A stretch of 64,000 nt of DNA from Minisyncoccota bacterium (GTDB lineage: Bacteria > Patescibacteriota > Minisyncoccia > Phycocordibacterales > UBA5272), in NCBI GenBank assembly GCA_018063165.1, contig JAGOQU010000005.1:1674-65673 (forward strand), given 5' to 3'. Below, one piece after another: positions 8,877-19,094 of this stretch. Position 1 is the stretch's first letter. Every line of letters begins with the position of its first letter. The notes below the pieces were generated by a model. That model was given only the letters and a program-made list of their open reading frames with translations. It was not told where the DNA came from and ran no database searches. Made by a program: the position numbers and the translations under genes.

Positions 8877-9773
8877 ATGGAAAAAACTATACAATGTATA
8901 CCACGTGAAGATTTCGCTACACACCCTCTTCTTGCCAGGCTTCTTGAACTTCACGATGTACCAAAAAAACTCTATATCATTGGAAATATTCCAGACGTTA
9001 CCATTGATCAGTATGGAAGATCAACACCAAGAATTCTCACCGTAGTCGGTTCGCGTAAAAACACACAATACGGTAAACATGTTTTAGAAAAATTACTCTC
9101 ATCTCTTAAAGGTTCCAATACCATAATTCTTTCTGGATTAGCGCTTGGTATTGATGGACTTGCTCATACTACTGCACTTAAACATACAATAACGACGCTC
9201 GCCATTCCAGGTAGCGGTCTTTCAAAAAAAGTATTATACCCCAGCACACATCTTCATCTCGCAGAAGATATTGTTGAATGTGGTGGTGCTCTTATATCAG
9301 AACTAGAACCAAATACATCAGCTGCACCATGGACTTTTCCTGCACGTAATCGTATTATGGCTGCATTATCTGATGCTATCCTTGTTGTAGAAGCAGAAGA
9401 AAAATCAGGTACATTAATTACAGCAAGACAAGCACTAGAACTTGGACGTGACATAGGAGCTATTCCAGGAGAAGTATTTTCTCCAACTTCCGCAGGAACA
9501 AATATGCTTATTCGAGAAGGTGCATACAGTATTACAAATGAAAAAGATCTTTATGAACTTCTACATTTATCTATAGATAAAAAAGATAAAGAAACTCTAA
9601 ATTTAACAGAAGATGAAGAAACAATCATGAATATTCTTTCTGAAACAACAGAAAAAGATACACTTCTTCTATTAAGTGAAATGCCTCTTGAATTATTTTT
9701 AACAACACTTAGTTCTCTTGAAATTAAAGGTTATATAGAAGAAATGTTTGGCGAAGTTAGACGTTTGGTGTAG
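8877..9773 (+). CDS. dprA: DNA processing protein DprA (Smf)
   Basis: VVGSRKNTQYG...LSGLALGIDGLAHTTAL...FPARNRIMAALSDAILVVEAEEKSGTLITARQALELGRDIGAIPG: Rossmann-like DprA core. Confidence 0.9.
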   Translation: MEKTIQCIPREDFATHPLLARLLELHDVPKKLYIIGNIPDVTIDQYGRSTPRILTVVGSRKNTQYGKHVLEKLLSSLKGSNTIILSGLALGIDGLAHTTALKHTITTLAIPGSGLSKKVLYPSTHLHLAEDIVECGGALISELEPNTSAAPWTFPARNRIMAALSDAILVVEAEEKSGTLITARQALELGRDIGAIPGEVFSPTSAGTNMLIREGAYSITNEKDLYELLHLSIDKKDKETLNLTEDEETIMNILSETTEKDTLLLLSEMPLELFLTTLSSLEIKGYIEEMFGEVRRLV

Positions 9774-9891
9774 AGTGTTGTAGACAAGCATAGTATCTAT
9801 ATATACAGATGTGTATGTAAAAAGATACATTAAGTATATTTTTATGCTAAGCTAGAAGCTACTACTATGTAGCTAAAAACTACAGCACACC

Positions 9892-12099
9892 ATGAAACTC
9901 TTAATTGTAGAAAGTCCTTCAAAGGCAAAAACAATAGCAAAATATCTAGGCGGATCATATGAGGTCCGTGCTTCTGTTGGTCATGTACGAGACTTACCAA
10001 AAAACAATAAAAAAGCTGTCGATATAGAGCATGGTTTTACTCCACACTATGAAGTGAGTGCTGGTAAAGAAAAAGTTATATCTGATATTAAAGCGCTTGC
10101 AAAAAAATCAAATGAGGTACTTCTCGCAACTGACCCCGACCGTGAAGGTGAAGCTATTGCATGGCATATACAAGAAGCGTGTCACCTTAAAGGAGCTAAG
10201 CGCGTTGCTTTTCATGAAATAACAGAGGAAGCAATAAAAGAAGCGTTAAAGCATCCAAGAGAAATAGACATGAATCTAAAAGAAGCTCAAGAAGCAAGAC
10301 GTGTTCTTGATCGTTTAGTTGGATATGATCTCTCTGGTGTTATATGGAAAAAAGTACGTTATGGGCTTTCAGCTGGACGTGTTCAATCTCCAGCTCTTCG
10401 TATCATCATGGAAAGAGAAAGAGAAATACGTGCTTTTATTCCTGTTACTTATTATGTAATAGTAGGAGAGTTTCAGACCATAGGACGCATGCAAGAAAGT
10501 AAAACATATCCACTTATCCTTGAATGCGAAACGCAACCAAATAGTAAAATAGAAGCAGACAGAATTGTTAAGGAAGGAAAAAACTCTTCTTGGGAAATAG
10601 TCTCTATAGAAAGTACAGAAGTATCTCGTTCACCAAAAGCACCTTTCACAACATCTACATTACAACAATCTGCTTCATCTCGTCTTGGGTATGCACCATC
10701 TCGCACTATGGGTATCGCTCAAAAACTATATGAAAAAGGTCTCATTACGTACATGCGTACAGATAGTACTAATCTTGGTGAACAAGCGATAGCAGAAATT
10801 AGTTCTGTGATAGAAAAAAATTATGGCAAAGAAAATATTGAAGTTCGCAGATATAAAACAAAATCAAAAAATGCTCAAGAAGCACATGAGGCAATAAGAC
10901 CAACTCATGCATCTCAAAGAAGTGGTGGAGTAACCGATGATGAAAAAAGACTGTACTCACTTATATGGGAAAGAACTGTTGCAAGCCAAATGAAAGATGC
11001 AAAAATGAAACGTAGTAAAGTAACAGCAAATATCCCTCTTAAAAGTATTCCTAATTTTTCTATTACAGGATCAGTATTACTTTCCCCAGGATGGCTAGCT
11101 GTTGATAAAGACGCTCGTGGGGATGATGTTATTTTACCTGACCTTAAAATGGGAGATGAACTCAATCTAAAGACACTTCAATCAACAGAGAAACAAACAG
11201 AGCCACCTCACAGATACAGTGAAGCAGGACTTATTAAAGAATTAGAGAAACGTGGCATTGGACGCCCTTCAACATATGCATCAACACTCTCAACCATAGA
11301 AGCTCGTGGTTATATAGAGAAAATAAATAAAACACTTCATCCAACAGACACTGGAGAAGTTGTAATTTCTTTTCTTGAAGAACATTTTGCGCATTACATT
11401 GGAGACACTTTTACTGCTGAAATGGAAGACAAATTAGACTTGATAGCAGATGGAAAAGCTACTTACTTAAAAACTCTTAAAGATTTTTATAAACCGTTCA
11501 TTGCAGATGTTAAAGCAAAAGATACTTTAGAAAAAGCTACAAGCATGGGAGATGCACCCGAAGGAATGCAATGCCCTCTTTGTGATGCAAATATGGTAAT
11601 CAAATTAGCAAAAAATGGGAAATTCTATTCTTGTGTTAGATACCCAGAATGTATGGGTGCTAGAAAGATAGACGGTGAAATAATGGAAGGTCCAAAAAAA
11701 TTAGGTAAAGCATGTCCAAAATGTGGAAAAGGAGAACTTATGGAGCGTGAAGGAAAATATGGTAGATTCATTGCGTGTGATAATTATCCAAAATGTAAAT
11801 ATATAGAACAAGACGAAGAATTAAGAAAAGCTAATTCAACAGGTGTTCACTGTAATAAATGTAAGGACGGTTACATGGAAGAAAGAAAAGGACGTTTTGG
11901 TATTTTTTATTCATGTTCAAATTACCCAGAATGTAAACATATTATAAAAACAAAACCAACAGGTAATAGATGCATCTTTAAAAAAACAGATGGTACAGAA
12001 TGTGGTGAACTCATGATGACAGGAACCAAGACAATACCAGAAAGATGTAGTGATAAAACCTGTCCAAACCACAACCCTCACAAGCTTGAGAAAAAATAA
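9892..12099 (+). CDS. topA: DNA topoisomerase I
   Basis: MKLLIVESPSKAKTIAKYLGG...VGHVRDLP Toprim N-terminus. 735 aa with several C-terminal CxxC...CxxC zinc ribbons. Confidence 0.95.
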   Translation: MKLLIVESPSKAKTIAKYLGGSYEVRASVGHVRDLPKNNKKAVDIEHGFTPHYEVSAGKEKVISDIKALAKKSNEVLLATDPDREGEAIAWHIQEACHLKGAKRVAFHEITEEAIKEALKHPREIDMNLKEAQEARRVLDRLVGYDLSGVIWKKVRYGLSAGRVQSPALRIIMEREREIRAFIPVTYYVIVGEFQTIGRMQESKTYPLILECETQPNSKIEADRIVKEGKNSSWEIVSIESTEVSRSPKAPFTTSTLQQSASSRLGYAPSRTMGIAQKLYEKGLITYMRTDSTNLGEQAIAEISSVIEKNYGKENIEVRRYKTKSKNAQEAHEAIRPTHASQRSGGVTDDEKRLYSLIWERTVASQMKDAKMKRSKVTANIPLKSIPNFSITGSVLLSPGWLAVDKDARGDDVILPDLKMGDELNLKTLQSTEKQTEPPHRYSEAGLIKELEKRGIGRPSTYASTLSTIEARGYIEKINKTLHPTDTGEVVISFLEEHFAHYIGDTFTAEMEDKLDLIADGKATYLKTLKDFYKPFIADVKAKDTLEKATSMGDAPEGMQCPLCDANMVIKLAKNGKFYSCVRYPECMGARKIDGEIMEGPKKLGKACPKCGKGELMEREGKYGRFIACDNYPKCKYIEQDEELRKANSTGVHCNKCKDGYMEERKGRFGIFYSCSNYPECKHIIKTKPTGNRCIFKKTDGTECGELMMTGTKTIPERCSDKTCPNHNPHKLEKK

Positions 12100-12160
12100 A
12101 ATATAAAAAGTACTATACAGCATTCTTCACAATTCTAAAAATATCTGGTATTGTAAGGTA

Positions 12161-13645
12161 ATGGCTTCTCAAAATTTTAATGATACTAATCCAGCTCGAA
12201 TATTTGCTCTTCTTCCTGATTTAAAAGATCACGATAAAGAACTCATTCTTAGAGCGTGTCACTTTGCAGAACAAGCACACAAAGGACAACTAAGAAAATC
12301 AGGAGAACCCTACTACAACCATGTATTTGCTACTGGTTTTAATCTTGCAACATTAAAAATGGACGCTGAAACAATTTCAGCCGGTATTATGCATGATGTT
12401 CTTGAAGATACAACAGTTACTCACGAAGAAATGGAAAAAGAATTCGGTGAACACATCACAAAACTAGTAGAAGGTGTTACAAAACTTGGAAAACTAAGAT
12501 ACTCAGGTGCAGAAAGACACGTAGAATCACTTCGCAAATTTTTCGTAGCAATGGCAGATGATATACGTGTCGTTGTTATTAAGCTGTGTGATAGATTACA
12601 TAATATTCAGACATTGCAATATGTTTCTCCAGAAAAACAAAAACGTATTGCTCTTGAAACATTAGAAATACACGCAAGACTTGCTGACCGTTTAGGTATG
12701 GGGCGTCTTAAAGCACAATTAGAAGACGCAGCATTTCCTTATGTATATCCAGATGATTATAAAAAAACTTTAGAGCTTTTTGAAAGTATCCGCCCTATCT
12801 CTGACGAACAATTAGAAAAAGTTGTAGCTACTCTTGAAGAAGAGCTTGTGACTTTTGATGTTGAGATAGAACGTATAGATCACAGAGTAAAACATCTCTA
12901 TTCTCTTTGTCAAAAATTAAAACGTTATAAAATGGACGCATCAAAAGTTCATGATATAGTTGCACTTCGTATCATCGTCCCTACTGTAGGAGATTGCTAT
13001 CAAGCACTTGGTGTTATCCATGGACTCTACCGTCCTTTCCCTGGACGTTTTAAAGATTACATAGCTGTACCAAAACCAAATGGTTACAAATCACTACACA
13101 CGACAATTTTTTCTGGTGACGGAAATACTCTAGAAATACAAATTAGAACAAAAGAAATGCATAGAGAAGCAGAATACGGTATTGCATCACATCTTTCATA
13201 TAAAGAGCTTGGTAAAAACATAGATAAAGAAGAAATACGTAAAAAAACAGGATGGACAAAAGAATTACTTGAATGGCAAGAAAATACTGAAAAAAATCAA
13301 GATTTTCTAAAACACTTAAAAGATGATTTTTTTCAATACAGAGTATTTATTCTTACACCTAAAGGTGATGTTATAGATCTTCCGGAAGGTTCTACACCAA
13401 TTGATTTTGCATACGCTGTTCATTCTGATATTGGAAACCATACAGCAGGAGCAAAAGTAAACGGAAAACTTGTCCCTTTGGATACAGTTTTAAAAAATCG
13501 TGACGTTGTAGATATTGATGTGAAAGAAAGCGCTTGCCCAAAACGTAAATGGATAGATATGTCAAAAACAACATTAGCAAAACGTAAAGTACGTAACTAT
13601 ATCAATGAACATGGAGGAGCAATAGATAAATTTTTGACACGATAA
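12161..13645 (+). CDS. rel: bifunctional (p)ppGpp synthetase/hydrolase, Rel/SpoT homolog
   Basis: HD domain (HDVLEDT), RelA_SpoT synthetase region (VHDIVALRIIV), TGS domain (RVFILTPKGDVIDLPEGSTPIDFAYAVHSDIG). Confidence 0.9.
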   Translation: MASQNFNDTNPARIFALLPDLKDHDKELILRACHFAEQAHKGQLRKSGEPYYNHVFATGFNLATLKMDAETISAGIMHDVLEDTTVTHEEMEKEFGEHITKLVEGVTKLGKLRYSGAERHVESLRKFFVAMADDIRVVVIKLCDRLHNIQTLQYVSPEKQKRIALETLEIHARLADRLGMGRLKAQLEDAAFPYVYPDDYKKTLELFESIRPISDEQLEKVVATLEEELVTFDVEIERIDHRVKHLYSLCQKLKRYKMDASKVHDIVALRIIVPTVGDCYQALGVIHGLYRPFPGRFKDYIAVPKPNGYKSLHTTIFSGDGNTLEIQIRTKEMHREAEYGIASHLSYKELGKNIDKEEIRKKTGWTKELLEWQENTEKNQDFLKHLKDDFFQYRVFILTPKGDVIDLPEGSTPIDFAYAVHSDIGNHTAGAKVNGKLVPLDTVLKNRDVVDIDVKESACPKRKWIDMSKTTLAKRKVRNYINEHGGAIDKFLTR

Positions 13646-13646
13646 A

Positions 13647-13676
13647 AAAGCGCGAGCCTTCGGCTCGCGCTTTCGC
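13647..13676. terminator. bidirectional rho-independent terminator
   Basis: aaaagcgcgagcc-ttcg-gctcgcgcttt. Confidence 0.7.
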
Positions 13677-13689
13677 ATGATACTACATA

Positions 13690-14046
13690 TCACATTTCTA
13701 CAGTACAAAGCTCAAATTTTTCAAAAAAATTACGAGCATCCATTATAAATGTTTTCTCTTTATAACTTCCACTTTTTGCTGTAATAACAAAAGATGGATG
13801 AGCAAGACCTGATGGTATATCAGAATAACCTACTTCATTTTGTCTTCCTTCTTTCCAATATTCTATACATGGATAGACGGCTTCAACTTTTACAAACACA
13901 TTTTTATCACTAATACTTTCAAATGTCTTACCTACAGCATTAGAGCAATGCTCATGAGGGCTATCATAATGAAACCATTGATGTAAATACGGTTTGCGTT
14001 GTGATTTCTTACTTTCTGTTGAGAGACCGTTATTTTCTAAATCCAT
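13690..14046 (-). CDS. hypothetical protein
   Basis: 118-aa ORF, no family recognised. Confidence 0.35.
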   Translation of the reverse strand: MDLENNGLSTESKKSQRKPYLHQWFHYDSPHEHCSNAVGKTFESISDKNVFVKVEAVYPCIEYWKEGRQNEVGYSDIPSGLAHPSFVITAKSGSYKEKTFIMDARNFFEKFELCTVEM

Positions 14047-14136
14047 ACCATACTCCTTTCACATTACATTCTAAAAGGAGTCTATCAGTTACACATATAG
14101 TTGTCTACGCAGATCTTTCACACATCATCATTTATT

Positions 14137-15300
14137 CTACAAAGAAAACTTAGTAAGATTGTACAAATCATCATTCTGCTCCTCTTCTTTTATTTCTTGT
14201 ATAGAGCGATCATCAAGTGATATATGTTCTTCATGTGTGTCAGTATCTACATATACATCTTGCTCCACTGCTTCACTTGAAGTCTGTGTCTCTTCTATAG
14301 GATTTACTTCTATATGTGTTACCTCTTTTACCAACTGAACCTCAGGAATGTTATCTTCACGAAGATGGGTAAATTCTGTAATTGGTTTTATATATCTTTC
14401 AGTGTCAGGAACAGCTTGTAATGTTTCCATGTCTTCTTCTTTAAGAGTATCAAACATTCCTTTGTGTGTTTTTTCTTCTCCGGCTTTACGAATAGCAATA
14501 GAAAGCGCAAGTAATTCTTCATGAGAAAAATAATCAATCCAAATACGACCACCACGTTCACGAGGTTCGATCTGTACACGTGTTCCAAGAGTCTCCGCAA
14601 GACTCTCTTCCATATCAACAACTTCAGGCGTCATAAATAGATCCTTCTTACGAACTTTTTCAAATGCGATACGACGAGCAATCTGTTCTGCTTCACGTAC
14701 AGTCATTTTACGAACCATCATTTCTTTAAAAAGTGTCATTTGTTCTGCTGGTCTATCTATAAGCATAAGAAGGGGCCGTGTATGACCTTCACTTATCTGT
14801 CTCTTAGAAAGAGCGTCTAATATATCTTGTGGAAGCATGAGTATACGTACTGTATTTGATACATATTCACGACTTTTTCCCATTTTACGACCAACATCTG
14901 CCCATGTTAACTTAAACTCATCTGCAAGACGTTGAAAAGATTGTGCACGCTCAACAGAATTAAGATCCTCTCTTTGAAGATTTTCTATAATCGCAAGCTC
15001 CAGCTTAGCTCTACTATCATCACCCGTACGCACAACAACAGGCACCTGAGTCAATTTTGCCAGCTTAGAAGCTCTTAAACGACGTTCCCCTGCTATTAGT
15101 TCATATTCTACTTTTACTCCTCCATTTTCTAGCATTGTTTCTTGTCTAGAAACAACAAGTGGTTGAAGTACCCCATACTGACGAATACTATCAGAAAGTT
15201 CTTTTAACCTATCCTCGTCAAATTCTCTTCTTGGTTGATACGGATTAGGTACTATTTTTTCTATTTCTATCCAAAAAATTGAGTTTTCTATGTTTCCCAT
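14137..15300 (-). CDS. parB: ParB/Spo0J-family partition protein with acidic C-terminal extension
   Basis: IEIEKIVPNPYQPRREFDEDRLKELSDSIRQYGVLQPLVV...YELIAGERRLRASKLA ParB box. Start inferred at MGNIENS. Confidence 0.85.
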   Translation of the reverse strand: MGNIENSIFWIEIEKIVPNPYQPRREFDEDRLKELSDSIRQYGVLQPLVVSRQETMLENGGVKVEYELIAGERRLRASKLAKLTQVPVVVRTGDDSRAKLELAIIENLQREDLNSVERAQSFQRLADEFKLTWADVGRKMGKSREYVSNTVRILMLPQDILDALSKRQISEGHTRPLLMLIDRPAEQMTLFKEMMVRKMTVREAEQIARRIAFEKVRKKDLFMTPEVVDMEESLAETLGTRVQIEPRERGGRIWIDYFSHEELLALSIAIRKAGEEKTHKGMFDTLKEEDMETLQAVPDTERYIKPITEFTHLREDNIPEVQLVKEVTHIEVNPIEETQTSSEAVEQDVYVDTDTHEEHISLDDRSIQEIKEEEQNDDLYNLTKFSL

Positions 15301-15457
15301 ATACATTAATACGTATAAGTATAGCACGCAAAATAATTTTAGTTGTGTACTACCAATTATACACATATGTGTATAATTGTATTATTCTATAAAGACACAT
15401 AACACTGTATACTGTATATACTTTATAAATCATTTTTAAATACACACTTTTTTACTT

Positions 15458-16036
15458 ATGGAATCAACAACATCTAAAACAACAGCTAATATACTTATTG
15501 TTCTTGCTATAGTTCTTATTGGTGGAAGCATAGCAACAACACTTAACAAAAAGGAAGAACCACTTCCCGTGGTAACAAATACTCCGGTTGTTACAAAAAA
15601 TGAAACACAAACACCTCCAGCACAAGAAAATACACCCACAGATGCTTCAAACACACCTTCTGTTTCATTACCAGTGAACATGCTATCTGCTGATTTTATT
15701 TCAAATATACTATCCAAAAAATGGACATGGGAAAAAAATATAGCTACCGATGGAACAGTAACTGTTACACCAAAAAAAATTGACGCCTTTAGTTTTACAT
15801 TAAAAGAAGATTCTTCTTTAAGTGGAACAACAGATTGCAATAGTTTCTTTGGTAGTTTTACAACAAATGCAGACAACCTTTCTTTTGGTCAATTAGGATC
15901 TACAATGATGTACTGTGAAGATGCCCAGGAAAGTACTTTTATGCAAGCATTACAAAATGTTACAAAATATACATTTAGTACTACAACAAAGAGCATGATA
16001 CTAATGACAGCTTCCGGAACAATGTATTTTAAATAA
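15458..16036 (+). CDS. META/HslJ-like (DUF306) membrane-anchored protein
   Basis: N-terminal TM, Thr/Pro-rich linker, then W.W.....G.....T.....CNSFFGSF...L.FG.L..T.M.C pattern of META domains. Confidence 0.5.
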   Translation: MESTTSKTTANILIVLAIVLIGGSIATTLNKKEEPLPVVTNTPVVTKNETQTPPAQENTPTDASNTPSVSLPVNMLSADFISNILSKKWTWEKNIATDGTVTVTPKKIDAFSFTLKEDSSLSGTTDCNSFFGSFTTNADNLSFGQLGSTMMYCEDAQESTFMQALQNVTKYTFSTTTKSMILMTASGTMYFK

Positions 16037-16037
16037 A

Positions 16038-16070
16038 ACAAAACCCACACAAAAGTGTGGGTTTTTATAT
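16038..16070 (+). terminator. rho-independent terminator
   Basis: aacaaaacccacac-aaaa-gtgtgggtttttata. Confidence 0.7.
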
Positions 16071-16092
16071 TCATTTTTTTATGCAAAAAGAA

Positions 16093-16428
16093 TTAAAAAG
16101 CGTTCTTGGTTTTTTTTGGTAAAATTTTTTCGATAATACCTTCTTGTACAAAATTAAGAAACGTTTCCATTTTTAATAATTCGTTAATATTACAAAACGT
16201 AAGTGCGACTACTCCATGGGTATATCCCCAGATTTGATTCTGAAGAACTGCCGAAACTAACATATCACTTCGGAAACAGAGCAACCCTTTTTCTGCACAT
16301 TCTTTCAAATATGCAAGAAATTTAATACCCTCTTTATCTTCCGCGATGTACAGAACACAAGGAGACCGAAGGACATCTTTAACACCTTCAATATCCTCAA
16401 CTGTCATTGTTTTTTCTGGGGATTGATT
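16093..16428 (-). CDS. hypothetical protein
   Basis: ORF with start inferred at MNQSPEK. Confidence 0.35.
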   Translation of the reverse strand, partial: NQSPEKTMTVEDIEGVKDVLRSPCVLYIAEDKEGIKFLAYLKECAEKGLLCFRSDMLVSAVLQNQIWGYTHGVVALTFCNINELLKMETFLNFVQEGIIEKILPKKTKNAF

Positions 16429-16602
16429 CATGCTCACCTCTTTCATTAGAAAAATAACAAAACACCAAACATAATTATAACCTACAATATTATAAAAGTC
16501 AATACTACTTTCTTTAAAAGCTATATATAATAAAGTTATAAAAAAATAAAAAACCATACGAAGTACATGTACTAATATGGTTTTTAAATATAGTGGACCA
16601 TC

Positions 16603-17019
16603 TTAAAATAAAGACAAAATGAAAATAGATTGATAACAAAATGTTATAAAAAATAAAACGAGGGTTATTTTTGAAAGCGTCGTATATTTTTTTACATCAT
16701 GCACACATGTCCATATAAATCTCAAAAGAAAAACAACACCAGAAAAACATAGTGACAGAAAAACATAAATAAAAAACAACAAAGACTCTTTTACAAAAAA
16801 TCCTTCTTGATAATATATGTATATCGTAAGACAGATAGAAATAAAAAAGATTTTTAAAAAAGAATCGGTATATTTTTTATGATGTCTAATAAAAGATATT
16901 CTCTGTTTTAAAACTTGCTCACCAAAATATAGGGATTTAAATAAATACAAAACTAGTACAACATTTAAGAAACAAACACTTACAAGTAATATAAACATAA
17001 AAATACTCATATAGTTCAC
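16603..17019 (-). CDS. hypothetical small membrane protein
   Basis: Very AT-rich, Phe/Leu/Ile-rich ORF with 3-4 hydrophobic segments. Could be non-coding. Confidence 0.25.
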   Translation of the reverse strand: MNYMSIFMFILLVSVCFLNVVLVLYLFKSLYFGEQVLKQRISFIRHHKKYTDSFLKIFFISICLTIYIYYQEGFFVKESLLFFIYVFLSLCFSGVVFLLRFIWTCVHDVKKYTTLSKITLVLFFITFCYQSIFILSLF

Positions 17020-17100
17020 CTTTTTATATAAAGAACAAGATAAAATACATACTACAACAAAAAAGAAAGAAAGACGAATCTATACAGAATTATAATAATT

Positions 17101-17230
17101 CAATCTTTATACCAATAACACCATATTTATCCTGATCTTCTACAGGATAAAATTTACAAATTTCATTAAGAAGAAACTCCTTTGAGTCTCCACCAAAATA
17201 ATTTGAAGGAAAATCAGAAAATAACTTTTC
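17101..17230 (-). pseudogene. 3' fragment of an ASCH-domain gene (degraded duplicate of the 3' end of 19095-19433)
   Basis: ~130 nt near-identical to 19098-19230 (caatctttataccaataacaccatatttatc...aaggaaaatcagaaaa) with no N-terminal part. Confidence 0.7.
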
Positions 17231-17289
17231 AAAAGAGAATAGGTTACAAAAGCACTAGCTTCGTTCAAGAAGCTTTCGAGACCCCAGTT

Positions 17290-17400
17290 CGTGTCGGTCA
17301 CGTACGAGACGCAGATTTGAGACTCGGTCACAAAACTACCTCGCTTCGCTCGAAGTAGTTTCGCGACCCCTATTCTCGTCTCACGTACATGACGCAGGTC
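17290..17400 (-). repeat. tRNA-linked structured element family member (degenerate 3' end)
   Basis: Minus-strand read: hairpin gtacatgaCCTGCGtcatgtac, then gagacgagaataggggtcgcgaaactacttcgagcgaagcgaggtagttttgtgaccgagtctc. Confidence 0.5.
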
Positions 17401-17706
17401 ATGTACTTCATACCCATCATGTGTGAAATAAAAGACCTCACTAAATCGTGAGGTCTTTTATTTCACACATGTGCACAAGATGGGTGGCTATCCGAACTTT
17501 TAAAGTGTGCTCTCTCAATCAAAACTTCTATAAAATCATTGGAAAATTCTCTAAATTTACCAAATACCAAACATTGACTACCTATTGTGTTAATGTTATT
17601 ATGTAGAAACTTCTCGAATAATCTTGAAGTATCCGCAGCTCTTTGCAAAACCCTTGAGTTACACAACTTGTTTTAACAAGCCAGTACTCATCACAGGAGA
17701 AATACC

Positions 17707-19047
17707 ATGACGAAAGTAAGCACTTTGATTCGCCCCGCAGAAATTAATGATTTCGAATGGGTGGCAGATCTTATGCACACCTCACTTGAACCATACTATG
17801 GTGGAGACCATAGAGCGCACGCGAAACGTATACTTGACGCCCATATTGATGGTGGCCATGATCGCGTTGGCTTCTTTTCATTTGAACAAAAAATGTTCAT
17901 TCTGGAAGTAGAAAACAAGAGCGCAGGAATTCTCCATCTAGTTGGCAAGAGACAGTCAACATATAAAATCAGTCCTCTAATCCTCGCCCAGGAATTCCAG
18001 GGTATAGGAGGGCTTGGTACAATGCTACTTGATTACGCAGAAAACCACGCACGCGAACATCAAGCACGACAACTCTACTGTACGGTAGCAGAAAAAAATA
18101 ATCTTGCGATGCAATTCTTTTTACGAAAGGGATTCATTCGTGCAGGAAGTTCTGATAGTCATTACAAAAATGATATTACGGAGACAATGCTTTACAAACC
18201 TCTACACGGAGAAAGTAAAATCCTGTCTCTTGACAAGATACATGTTTCTGTTTTACCACTTGAAAAAGTTGATTCGAAGGCAAAAGAAGAAGTTGCAAAG
18301 TTGTTGCTCGAAAAACTGCCAAACTCTTTTGAAGGTATAACCGACGAATGGGTGACAGCACTTTTTAATGGGTATGAGCGCCGAAACACTTCTGATATCA
18401 ACCTTAAATACAAATTAATTTTTGTTGCACTTGATAGTGATGGTTGTGTGATTGGTGTAGCAGGAGCAACACCTAAAAAAGGAAGCCCGATTAAAATCAT
18501 GCCTTTTATTGCAACTAATACTGTTGCTTTTGAAGCACTTTTAATTGATATTCCACATCAGTTAGTGCCATATGGCCATAAACTCTACACCCACATCAAC
18601 CCAACTCCAGAAGAAGTGGTTTCTCTTCAAAGGCTTGGGTGGAAACTTGATGCTGCACTACCGAATGCTTATTACTTGGGTGTTACTACCCAGCAATGGA
18701 GCATAAACATAAAGGAAACTCTTATGAGAACACTACGAATTAAACAAAGGTTTTTTAATCTGATTAAGTCAGGAAAGAAAACTCTCGAGGTTCGTGTTGG
18801 GTATGACACTATTAACCACATTCAAAGTGGTGAACAGATCAACCTAGTAACCCATACTAGCCAACTCAGTGTTCGAGTTAGTGCTATTCGTCGGTATAGC
18901 AACTTCAAAGAAATGCTTTTGAGTGAAAAGTTTTCAAGCATAGCTCCTGATGTTTCATCTTCAGAAGAATTGTTAACATTACTCAGAAACATCTATTCAC
19001 CTCACAAAGAACAGCTTGGTGTTGTGGTATTTGAGATCAAAAAATAA
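17707..19047 (+). CDS. GNAT-GNAT-ASCH fusion protein (tandem acetyltransferase-like domains + C-terminal ASCH domain)
   Basis: First GNAT block QEFQGIGGLGTMLLDYAENHAREHQARQLYCTVAEKNNLAMQFFLRKGF, second GNAT-like region, then C-terminal RIKQRFFNLIKSGKKTLEVRVGYD ASCH beta-barrel signature. Visibly higher G+C than flanking genes. Confidence 0.6.
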   Translation: MTKVSTLIRPAEINDFEWVADLMHTSLEPYYGGDHRAHAKRILDAHIDGGHDRVGFFSFEQKMFILEVENKSAGILHLVGKRQSTYKISPLILAQEFQGIGGLGTMLLDYAENHAREHQARQLYCTVAEKNNLAMQFFLRKGFIRAGSSDSHYKNDITETMLYKPLHGESKILSLDKIHVSVLPLEKVDSKAKEEVAKLLLEKLPNSFEGITDEWVTALFNGYERRNTSDINLKYKLIFVALDSDGCVIGVAGATPKKGSPIKIMPFIATNTVAFEALLIDIPHQLVPYGHKLYTHINPTPEEVVSLQRLGWKLDAALPNAYYLGVTTQQWSINIKETLMRTLRIKQRFFNLIKSGKKTLEVRVGYDTINHIQSGEQINLVTHTSQLSVRVSAIRRYSNFKEMLLSEKFSSIAPDVSSSEELLTLLRNIYSPHKEQLGVVVFEIKK

Positions 19048-19094
19048 GCTGTAATCAAAAACCCCTAGACAATATACTTGCCTAGGGGTTATTT

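Noticed and set aside
15436-15876. 146-aa minus-strand ORF
   Set aside because: Antisense to the better-supported META-domain gene. Low-complexity translation.
17463-17666. 67-aa minus-strand ORF
   Set aside because: Short, no RBS or homology. Sits between a long inverted-repeat terminator and the GNAT-ASCH gene start. Probably non-coding.
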